DNA from: Paraspadella gotoi
Taxonomy: Eukaryota > Animalia > Chaetognatha
Assembly (NCBI GenBank): GCA_051294375.1
Contig: CM119266.1
Span: forward strand, 24,696,312-24,760,311
DNA length: 64,000 bases
Direction of reading: 5' to 3'
Shown here: positions 19,093-28,588 of the stretch, one piece after another
Position numbering within the stretch: the first letter of the stretch is position 1
Layout: each line of letters opens with the position of its first letter
Notes under the pieces: generated by a model
Database searches by the model: none
What the model saw: only the letters and a program-made list of their open reading frames with translations
What the model was told of the DNA's origin: nothing
Translations under genes and position numbers: made by a program

Positions 19093-22000
19093 TCAAGCGT
19101 TTCCGACGCCGAAAATGAAAGTTTCTGGATCGTCTCCATCGGCGGAGACGGCGGAGCGCAGGCGTTCGACCAAAGCCCCCTTGTTCCCGTTAATAGGTAA
19201 GGATCGCTTTTCCAGTTCCGCCTTCAGGTCCACGACTCTCATCTCGCCGAGTCGTTTTCCGCCTGAAGCGCTGCGTTGTTTGGCTGCGGCAGCCACATCG
19301 TCATCGCTAGACTCCGTCCCTTCCGCCGCTTTTTTACCAGCATTGAAGAACACGTTGAAAATGGAGGAGCCAGTGATCGGCGCCTCGGCGGATGCGTCGG
19401 CCTTCGAATCGGGTGAAGTCAAGGGAGACGATTTTGGCGTGGAGGCCGACGCAGGGGAGATCGGCGGCGGCGGCGGCTTCGGGAGGGTGTGCGGTTGAAC
19501 GAATTCTGAGTCGGAACTCGGTGCCGTCGTCTGATCGTCGCCCGGAGCCGTCTCTTCGGACTCTTCCTCGATGTCCATTGGCGATTCTTCGACGTCCATA
19601 TCAGCTTCGCCAGCGGCCGTCGAAGTCTGTGGTGTTTCTTGCTCGGGTCTAAGCAATCCCATGATGGAAGACATCGACATCGGGTTATGAGTGTAGTCGC
19701 TCCCGTCGTCATCGTCGTCGTCGTCGTCTTCTTCTTCCGGCTCTTCCGTCAGTGGCTGAGGCTGCGCGTTGGAGTTGTCGAGAAAGTTAGTGGAAGAGGG
19801 TATACGATCCGGCTGCATTTCGGCTCCTTTTAGCTTAGACGACTTCTGCAGTTTTTGCTGCATCATTTGGCTGCACTTGTTCTCAATGCTGAGTGCCATG
19901 CTGAGGCGCTGTAGTAGAACGTCTCGAGCGCCAGTCCGATCGAGACTACGCTCCATCAGTTCTTGGCGCAACCGCACAGTCGGTTGTTCGCTGACTCGTT
20001 TGCCATCGAGAAGAGGTTCGCCGTCGGGTGCAAATTTGTCAGCTTCGTCCGTCGGTTTCATAGGGTCGTACATGTCCACTGGCTTGGCGTAAGTAGAATC
20101 CGATTGACCAGTCTCGTGTGGGGGTAGTGCCGGGCCCTGAAGCGGGGGCGCCTCGGAAGGATGCAGAGTTGAATTATCTTCAACGCTTTCAATAGGAGTT
20201 CCATACTCATTCAGCACATTCTTATCAGGGGTTTTAAAATCAGGCATTGGAAGATCGGGCATCGGAATGTCCATGACATCTGGCATCACCGGGGGCGCTG
20301 GAGCAGATGGAGCAGGGGGAGCAGGGGGAATGGATGGTACTGGAGGGGCAACAGAAGGAAGCGGTGCAGGAGCAGGTGGGGCCGCTGGAGTAGGGGGAAC
20401 AGGTGGGTTAATCGGAGCGGCGGGTGGCTCGGGAAGTGGAGGCCTTATATCCATATCAAATATTGGAGGTGGGGGAGGTGGCATAATAGGAGGAGGAGCC
20501 ATATAAGGTGAAGCTGGTAAAGGCTGTGCTGATTGTGAATTAGGATAAAACATGGCCGAGGACGGATGGTAGGCCTGACTGCTAGCATACAATTCCATTT
20601 CTGTTAAACGAGTTGGGTCAACCTGGTTTTCATATTCATCATCACGAAGCTTTTTGGATTCAACTGCAGCATCCTCTGGTCCCAAGCTTCTACTACGCTT
20701 GGAATCTCCTTTGCCACGGCCGGGCATTTTGCCAACAAAACTCGGTTTGGGCTTGTTGGAAATATCTGGAGCCGCCACCTTGTTATTCTTAGTTGAAGCT
20801 TTTCCTGTCAACTTAGCCGATTTGGGGCTAGATACGTCAACTTGTGAAGCTGGCCCCGCCACATGACCTTTACCATTTCCAGAATTTGTATCTTTTCCTG
20901 AACTGCTCACACTTTTTGATTCGTCCTTAACTGGTTTAATAGCTGGACCGGCGCCGGGTGGCGCATTGGCGGCAGTAACCCATCCAAAAGAATTAAAAAC
21001 TCTCTTTGGTTGGGCTGAAGCAGAGTTTGGACCGCCATCAGGATCTGGGTCTTCAGACTCGAAAAACGCAATGTGAGCTCTCACTGCCGGATCCATTTTT
21101 TCCATTTCTTCCTTCATAGACTTTTCTTTTAAAGCTTGAAGTTTCTTTCGTTTTTCTTCTCGTTGTTCCTCCATTTCCTTACGTAAAGCTTCTTTCTTTT
21201 CAGCTTCCTCAGCATCTCTCTTACGTTTTTCCTCCACTTTCTTTTTCAGTTCTTCCTCGTGGTCAACCGGAGATCTCGCTCGTCGACGGTCACGATCCCT
21301 ATCTCTGTTACGATCACGATCCCGGTCTCGATCGCGATCACGATCGCGATCCCTGTCGCGATCGCGGTCACGATCCCTTCGACTGTCGCGATACTCCCTC
21401 TCCCCACGACCGCTGGAACGGAAATCAACTTCGTCTTTCTTGTTTTTATCTTTTTCAACTTTTTTCTTCTTTTCCCTTTCCATTTCTTTTTTCTTTCTTT
21501 TATCCTCTTCCTCTTCCAGTTTTTCCTTTCTTAACTTTTCCTCATTTTCCGCTTTTTCACGCTCTTCTTTTTCTTTTCTCGCAGCTTCCGCCTCTTGAGC
21601 TTCTTTCCTCGCCAGTTCTGCTTTCGCCTTTTCTTCTATTTCCTCGTTTAACCTTTGTTTAATCTCCTCCTTTGCATCTTTCGCTGTAGTGGAGGAAACT
21701 GAAACTTCTCGGGATTTTTCCAGAACTAATCGCCGCTCATGATAAGGATTTTCAGATACATACTTTTGATATGCCTTGTAGTGAGACACTTTTTTTAAGT
21801 GAAACTCAGCAGATGTTGAGTCACCAGAAAATTCCTTGCATAAATCGCAATAAAACCCATTAACAGGGCGTAAAAATTCCATTCCTTTTAAATACAGCCG
21901 TTTTCCGCTGTCATCCAATTTTTCAATTTTTATATGCCTTGGCTGTTTAGATAACCATGGCATATCATTTGGATCTATTGAATTAAGGTGTTTTTTTGAA

Positions 22001-25000
22001 TGCAAATGGACAATAAGTTCCGAAACGGTATCATGAGTTGAATGGCAGGTGCGACAAAAGTGGCTAAAAGGATCAACAAATTCGTAATATTCTACGCTCT
22101 CATCATCTTGAGGATCGGTTTGCGAACGGACATTTCGCAGACGTGATAAAGGTTCTTCCTGGTGATATCCCTTGTTTTCAAAAGATCTATCCTTACGGTC
22201 GTCGTTAACAATTTCTTTCTCTTTTCCTCGATGAACCTTCTCAGGATTATTCACGTTGGTTGACCGGTCAGCGGCTAACTCAGCCGCCAATCTTTGGCGT
22301 CTCTGAGCTTCCTGCAATAAAAGTGCATTCTTTTTAGCGTGCTTTTGCAAAAGAGCCATTTGTTGGGTAATTTCCTCCTGAAGACGCGAGTTAGCTGCCA
22401 AAACTGGATCTTTGTGGCCATCTTTAATCTTTTGCTTTTTTCGTTCCAAGTCACCTTGTTGCTTTTTCAATCTATCCAATTCTTTTTCTAGTTCGTCTAG
22501 GCGGTGCATTCTATCAGCTTGAGCCAACTTTAGCTTTTCTACTTCTTCATTAGTTGGAGCAGCAATTGACTGGATTTTTGGAAGTTCTTTTTCGTCAGAA
22601 TAACGACGTCGCTGCTCCTTCCAGCTTTGCTCTTCATCAACTTTAATTCGCTTGCCTTCATTATCAGATATTTGAATTTTAATGTTTGGAAGAGTTTGCT
22701 GCGGTTGTTTTTGGTGCGGTCTATGTTGTGCCAAATCCTTCACGGAAATATAGCGCTCCTCTTGTTCTCCTTCACCTGTCTTATTCTGCTCTCGCCTTTC
22801 CATGTAATCATTCTCTGAATAATGACGCCTCATTTCTCTTTCATCAGTTTCCTCTCGGATTATGTTCCTTTTGTTTGAATAATCAACTTTTTCGGGCCTA
22901 ACGGCATAATCATCTCTATCTTTTTCTTTGTACTCATCGGCCAGTTCCTTCCTTCTGTCTCTCCTCGGAGACTCTATTCTTTCACGGACAACTGTCCTTT
23001 CTTCTTTTCTTGATCGACTGACTCTCCGTTCCTCTTCCTCTTCATTTCTGATACTTTTGTTCAGTTTCCTTGTGTCTACTTCATCCGATCTGGCCCCACC
23101 CAATTTCTTCTCAAGGCCCGTACTGATAGTAACTGCTCGCTCTTCTTCTTTTTCTACCTGAACTTTACGTTTTCCAGATTGAGACTCCACCCGCAAAGAG
23201 ATGTTCTCAAATTTATTTGAATCATCGCGACCGTCATTAAATTCATAATCACTGCGTCTCCCAAAATCTTTTTCTCGACGCTGATTGTAATTCTGTTCTG
23301 TTTCTACTTCACCGCGTCTACCAATTTCCCTCTCACGTCGTTGATTATAATTTGGATCAGTTTCCTCGATCCTACCATCCTTTCCTTCATACTTATTTCT
23401 AGATCGACCCACCTCTTTTCTGGCTTGACCTAGAAAAGCTTCAACATGTTCCTTCACATTATTTGATTCGGTTTCCATGGGAATGGGAGAAGACCGTCTA
23501 TGCTTCGGATGGTGGTGGTCGTCAAAGGACTCATTTGGATACAGCTCTTCATCCGAAACCTTGTGTTTATAACGTCTATTTTCACGAGGGTCCTCATGAT
23601 CTCGTACCTCTCTCTGTTCTCTTTCTCGAACCTCTTTTTGAGATTTACGCCTTTGTTCATTGGAAAAATCTTGTTCGTTATCATTATCCTCATTTTTCAA
23701 CTTCTTGTACGAAGAGGGCATTCTGTACTCTGGTTCTTCTGCTTTAACGCTTTCATCATTTCTAAGCTTCTTGTGCCTTGGTTGATGTCTATATTCCTCT
23801 TCACTTTTTTCCGAATCGTAATTACGAGCTTTTTTGTATGCAGGATAAGTTTTATGGGCATACTCATCAGCTTTGTCGTCTTCATCAGGTTTTGTCTTTT
23901 TAACATAAGAATGAGATCTTTCATCATCAGATTTTTCATACTCATCGTCCCTCGACTTTTTGTAGGAAGAATAAGATCGCGATTTTGCTTCGCTGTCTCT
24001 TTCCGTCTCTTCTCTACTTTCTCTTTTTTTAACGTCTCTTTCTCCTCTTTCATAATTTCTTTCACGACTGTAACCTTTAGTGTCTCCCCCAACATCATAA
24101 TTTCTATCCCTGTCCTCCCTCCTCTTATCATAAGTCTTTTCCTTCTCCTCGCTTTTCTTTTTTTCGAGTTTTTCCGCGGCTATCTTTTGCTCATCACGAG
24201 TAACTTGAGTTCTCTTCAGAAAAGCTTCAACCTCTAAATCATAAGCCGATTTCTGCGCCTTCTGTTGTCTTGGTGCTCCTAGAGACTCTGGTGCAGGGTT
24301 AGGAACAGAAACAGAGGGGGATTGTAACGGTGCTTTTGATGCAGTTGGAGGAACAGCTACTGGGGATATCATTGGTGCCGATGCTTTACCAGCCATGGAA
24401 TCAATCATATTTGCAAGAGCTTGAACTCTATCATCTTCTGAATTATTTTCATAAGTAGGATAGGGAGGAATATTCGCCGCCATAGTCGTTGGCCCAGCGG
24501 GTGCATATGGTTCATGCATTGACTGGCTTTGCAATGGCATATGCTGTGAAGGCGGTGGTGACAAGTTATGTCTGGGATGCTGCTCAGGAACCTGGTAACT
24601 TTTGATAGATCTCCGTGGATCATCCGCGACTTTTCGCGTTTCTGTAGAATTGAGGTTTCCTCTTCCCTGTTCTCTAGAACGCGGACTATCATAAAGAGTT
24701 TCTTTGATAGGCTTCGCGTCGAGCGGGACGTCCTTCGTCGACCTTCGCGGTGAATCGCGCTGAATGGAATCACGCTGAATCGAATCGCGGACGCTTCTCC
24801 GTCTTCCAGAACTATCCGTCGTGTCGGTAGAACTCTCTCTCTTCGCGGGAGTAGATTTAGGAGATTTTTCATTCAAGCTTCGACGAGGTTCTGCGTTAGA
24901 TTTAATTTTGGCCTCCCCGAGCGGCACGTCGACCTGCTTGTAGAGCGCATCCATGATAGTATTGGCAACCTGATCCCGCTGAGGAGAATCTTTAACTTTC

Positions 25001-25809
25001 TCAAAATCGAATCCAATAACCGCCAGCACCTTTTGAAGAGTTTCTTTGTCAACGTTAAATTTTTGATCCGGTTCCATGGTTGACGCGAACGTGGCTTGTT
25101 TGTTGGGATTCTTGATTACCGGGGGAGGTCGGCTGTCCTCGTCGTCCTCTTCAGAATCGGAAGGAACGCGAGCCCGCGGTCGGGTCTCTTCTCGGGATTT
25201 TGCGCTTGGCGAACTGCGATATTGAGGCTCTTTGTAACCGCGACGATTTTCCAGCTCATCCTCTTCCACAGGATATCCGGACAGAGAGCCAGGTTTCTGT
25301 CTTTTGTCCCACGAAGCGTTTTTGCTCTGATTTTTGTCCACTTTGGGGATATTTCCCTCAGTTTTGCTGTAGGAGTAAACATTTTCATCGTCTTCGTCCT
25401 CGTCCGAACTCGAGTCGGAGCTTTTGGAAGCGTCCAACTGAGAATGAGATTCGGGCTTTTTTGGACCCGCACTTCTCGAAGCTCCGTCGCCGTCGCCGTA
25501 GAGAAATTCGTCTTCGTCTTCGATGTCCATGCTTCCTCCTCCCAAGAAAGAGCCCACCTCCACGTTCTTTTCCTTTTCTCGATTAGGAGAACGACTCATC
25601 ACTTCGCGAGAGCGCGGACGCGGATCTCTACCAGAATAGGGGTCGTCCCTGCTGTCATAGCGTTGCCCGCGTCGCTCTTCTGCCCTCATATGGTATTCTT
25701 TTAACGGAATTTTGGTCTTTTGCGGCGTCGTTTTAGACTTGGCCTCTGAATCATGCCCATTTCCGCTTTGAGACATGCGGGCTAAACGAGGATCGAGCGG
25801 ATTCAACAT
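19093..25809 (-). CDS. ZNF318: ZNF318-like protein (coiled coil + two matrin/U1-type C2H2 fingers) with two C-terminal SAP domains; single 2238-aa ORF
   Basis: IEDEDEFLYGD, KDGHKDPVLAANSRLQEEI, HFCRTCHSTHDTVSELIVHLHSKKH..DP..PW and KGMEFLRPVNGFYCDLCKEFSGD..AEFHLKKVSHYKAYQKYVSENPYHERR match recalled ZNF318 motifs in order. An RD dipeptide tract, a Pro-rich region and two SAP motifs follow. Confidence 0.85.
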   Translation of the reverse strand: MLNPLDPRLARMSQSGNGHDSEAKSKTTPQKTKIPLKEYHMRAEERRGQRYDSRDDPYSGRDPRPRSREVMSRSPNREKEKNVEVGSFLGGGSMDIEDEDEFLYGDGDGASRSAGPKKPESHSQLDASKSSDSSSDEDEDDENVYSYSKTEGNIPKVDKNQSKNASWDKRQKPGSLSGYPVEEDELENRRGYKEPQYRSSPSAKSREETRPRARVPSDSEEDDEDSRPPPVIKNPNKQATFASTMEPDQKFNVDKETLQKVLAVIGFDFEKVKDSPQRDQVANTIMDALYKQVDVPLGEAKIKSNAEPRRSLNEKSPKSTPAKRESSTDTTDSSGRRRSVRDSIQRDSIQRDSPRRSTKDVPLDAKPIKETLYDSPRSREQGRGNLNSTETRKVADDPRRSIKSYQVPEQHPRHNLSPPPSQHMPLQSQSMHEPYAPAGPTTMAANIPPYPTYENNSEDDRVQALANMIDSMAGKASAPMISPVAVPPTASKAPLQSPSVSVPNPAPESLGAPRQQKAQKSAYDLEVEAFLKRTQVTRDEQKIAAEKLEKKKSEEKEKTYDKRREDRDRNYDVGGDTKGYSRERNYERGERDVKKRESREETERDSEAKSRSYSSYKKSRDDEYEKSDDERSHSYVKKTKPDEDDKADEYAHKTYPAYKKARNYDSEKSEEEYRHQPRHKKLRNDESVKAEEPEYRMPSSYKKLKNEDNDNEQDFSNEQRRKSQKEVREREQREVRDHEDPRENRRYKHKVSDEELYPNESFDDHHHPKHRRSSPIPMETESNNVKEHVEAFLGQARKEVGRSRNKYEGKDGRIEETDPNYNQRREREIGRRGEVETEQNYNQRREKDFGRRSDYEFNDGRDDSNKFENISLRVESQSGKRKVQVEKEEERAVTISTGLEKKLGGARSDEVDTRKLNKSIRNEEEEERRVSRSRKEERTVVRERIESPRRDRRKELADEYKEKDRDDYAVRPEKVDYSNKRNIIREETDEREMRRHYSENDYMERREQNKTGEGEQEERYISVKDLAQHRPHQKQPQQTLPNIKIQISDNEGKRIKVDEEQSWKEQRRRYSDEKELPKIQSIAAPTNEEVEKLKLAQADRMHRLDELEKELDRLKKQQGDLERKKQKIKDGHKDPVLAANSRLQEEITQQMALLQKHAKKNALLLQEAQRRQRLAAELAADRSTNVNNPEKVHRGKEKEIVNDDRKDRSFENKGYHQEEPLSRLRNVRSQTDPQDDESVEYYEFVDPFSHFCRTCHSTHDTVSELIVHLHSKKHLNSIDPNDMPWLSKQPRHIKIEKLDDSGKRLYLKGMEFLRPVNGFYCDLCKEFSGDSTSAEFHLKKVSHYKAYQKYVSENPYHERRLVLEKSREVSVSSTTAKDAKEEIKQRLNEEIEEKAKAELARKEAQEAEAARKEKEEREKAENEEKLRKEKLEEEEDKRKKKEMEREKKKKVEKDKNKKDEVDFRSSGRGEREYRDSRRDRDRDRDRDRDRDRDRDRDRDRNRDRDRDRRRARSPVDHEEELKKKVEEKRKRDAEEAEKKEALRKEMEEQREEKRKKLQALKEKSMKEEMEKMDPAVRAHIAFFESEDPDPDGGPNSASAQPKRVFNSFGWVTAANAPPGAGPAIKPVKDESKSVSSSGKDTNSGNGKGHVAGPASQVDVSSPKSAKLTGKASTKNNKVAAPDISNKPKPSFVGKMPGRGKGDSKRSRSLGPEDAAVESKKLRDDEYENQVDPTRLTEMELYASSQAYHPSSAMFYPNSQSAQPLPASPYMAPPPIMPPPPPPIFDMDIRPPLPEPPAAPINPPVPPTPAAPPAPAPLPSVAPPVPSIPPAPPAPSAPAPPVMPDVMDIPMPDLPMPDFKTPDKNVLNEYGTPIESVEDNSTLHPSEAPPLQGPALPPHETGQSDSTYAKPVDMYDPMKPTDEADKFAPDGEPLLDGKRVSEQPTVRLRQELMERSLDRTGARDVLLQRLSMALSIENKCSQMMQQKLQKSSKLKGAEMQPDRIPSSTNFLDNSNAQPQPLTEEPEEEDDDDDDDDGSDYTHNPMSMSSIMGLLRPEQETPQTSTAAGEADMDVEESPMDIEEESEETAPGDDQTTAPSSDSEFVQPHTLPKPPPPPISPASASTPKSSPLTSPDSKADASAEAPITGSSIFNVFFNAGKKAAEGTESSDDDVAAAAKQRSASGGKRLGEMRVVDLKAELEKRSLPINGNKGALVERLRSAVSADGDDPETFIFGVGNA

Positions 25810-26693
25810 ATTTCCGACGAGTCCCGCAACGCCAACCGAGAGACTTTCTCTCGAAGTACTAACCCTTTGCGAGTCTTTCGGTCAAAAAATTTAAAAGTTC
25901 GTTTGCCCTTTGACTCGGCGATGACGCGCAAATTGCGCGCGCCCGTTGATCCTGAACCAAAAAACGGGAGCAAGATCTTTGTTCTGAAAATTTAAAAGAA
26001 AATTAGTTAAAAATAATGCAGGAACACGCGATTCGCAATATATTCGGGCGAACTTGTTGAAACTTAAGTGGACTCGGCGTTCCGTGCAGAACCTCGAGGT
26101 TTTTTACCCACGCCAGACATTTTAAAAACGTTGCGGAAGTCATCTGTTGTACATCATTCGTATTGTTTTGGGATGGATTCGTCGCTACGTGAACAGAGTT
26201 AACTTGACGTGAAGATGCGTAACGCCGCTCAGGTTCCGGGACGATGGGCAACGGCTTCCGTAGTCACGGCCGCCTTTGTGCTGCGCTTAAGGCGGCATTC
26301 TTCAAATCTCATTTACATAATCAGTTTTTCGAGTCAAAAATTTTCGTAAGAGGGCAGTACAGGTATGTTATTGGTTAAGATGAGTTTAAAAAAACAAATG
26401 ACATCGGTGTTGAATATTTTGATTTAATTATTATTTAATAATTTAATAATTTATGTAATAATAATTTATTAATAGTAATATTAACTAAATTATCCCAGTT
26501 TACCGTGTAAATTATAAATAATGTGAAAAAATGCAGAGGCAAAAAAAGAACAAAGAAAAAATTAATGTCAAACTTCTTCCAACTGAATGAATGTTTTTTA
26601 CCGCCACAGTGTCTTTTTTCACTGGAAAAGAGCTCAATAATGTAATGAACGAAAAATAATTATCAATAAGAATTCAGAATTACATAAAGAATC

Positions 26694-28531
26694 TTATTCC
26701 TCGGCGGGAGCTTCCTCCGCCGGAGCTTCCTCGGAAGCCAGTTCCGCGGCGGAGGATTCTTGGGCTGTAGACGCGGCTTCAGCCCCGCTTCCATCTTCGG
26801 CTCTTTCATCGGAATCCCCTTCCCCTTCCCCTTCTTCTTCTCCTTCCTCCCCCTCCTTCGCAACAACCTTGGGCTTTCTTCGTCGTTTCTTTATCACAAC
26901 GAAGATGTTGCCTTCCTCGTCCTCCTCCTCCACTTCCACTTCTTCCACGTCTTCTCCCTCCTCCTCGTCGTCCTCCACCCACTCCCACTCTTCCTCCTCG
27001 GGAACTTCCTCCTCTACCGTAGCCTCTTCTTCCTCTTCTTCTTCCTCTTCCTCTTCATCTTCTCCGGCCGCCGCTCTCAACTCTGCCTCCAAAGCCGCCG
27101 CCTCTTCCGCCACGTAGTCGCGAAGTTCAGTCGTTTTAAATGAAGGGTGTATCTAGATTTTTATTGGACGGTAGGGTTTAATTAACCTCTATTAAAAACT
27201 TAACTCTTAAAACCCGATTCTTTGTTTAATTAACTGCTCTTTGACACCTGCTGAGATGTAACTTGAAAAAATCGCGATTCGATTCCTATAAACTCAACGC
27301 CGGCTTGCTTGAGAGTCGCATAGGTTATATTTCCCTAAAGAAATTAATTCGTGAAATCTTTTTTACATAATTGCACGTAAACTTATCTTATAACAGATAT
27401 TTTTTTAATCTTTAAATTTTTTTCATTCATTTAATGTTTGTTTCACTTTTTTAACAGGATGGTGACATCAGTTACAAACACTTTCTAACCTGTTTGGTGA
27501 GATCCTCTGCGGGACCTGGAATCGGCGCATCCATTAAATTGTAGTTTGGTCGATCAGCGGATGTTCGCTTGGGTCGATACATAGAAGGAAAAAATAAGCG
27601 CAACTGCAGGGGAAAAACGAATGAAAGTTGTTTTTTTTTCCCCCGATTTTGAATGAATATCAACCGAACCATTTCTTGAACGTCCTCCTCGCATTTAGCT
27701 CCGTAGACTGCGTTCTCGCGCGAGTCGATTCCGTACAATGAGCGAAGATGACAGATGCCACCTTCCTCAGGATTTGTCGGTCCGATCAGATCCCGCCACA
27801 TTGCCATTGCGTTCATTCTGCGTTGAATCATCTATTCCTTATTTTCTTTTACGTCCAATTTAATTTTCTGGAAAAATTGCTCTTAAAATTTTACCTTTCA
27901 AGAACCATTACATAGGTTTGCCCCAGTGTAAGATCCCTGACGGCTTCGGCGCGCCATTCCGTATCCATGGGAACGTTCCAATAAAACTCATTTGCTGTTT
28001 TTTTCTCCATCAAGAAAATGTCTTCTTGAGCGACTATGTCAAAGCCGAAAAACTACAAGAACAACATTAAATAAATATGTACTTATTAGAAATTTTTACT
28101 ACTTTAAAGTTAAACGTCACCTTGATAAAATTCATAATATCTTTCAGATGATGTTTACAGCCGCTGGGTTTTACCGCAGCGATGGTTCTCTCGATCGGGA
28201 AGGCAAGAGACAACTCTTTCTTGGCGACCCTGGAAAAACATTTTCTCTTGTTAACGGGTGGTCATTAGGGTGGAGTGATGAAAAGATTGACCGATGGAAC
28301 AATGTTTTCGCTGCCTTTGTATATGTAATAAAAAATAATTAAGCTATTTTTTCCCAAAAAATTTGCATAACAGTATTATTAATTAAATTTTTTATAGTAA
28401 TATCCTTAGAGAAAAACAAAGTTTTTAATTGTGGTACAACGAATTTAATTGGAGATACGGACATGTTTCGGCTCACATTTCGAGCCTTCATCAGCGTTTG
28501 CCATAAGGAAAATATTTGTGCAAAAAGAAGG

Positions 28532-28588
<57 letters not shown>

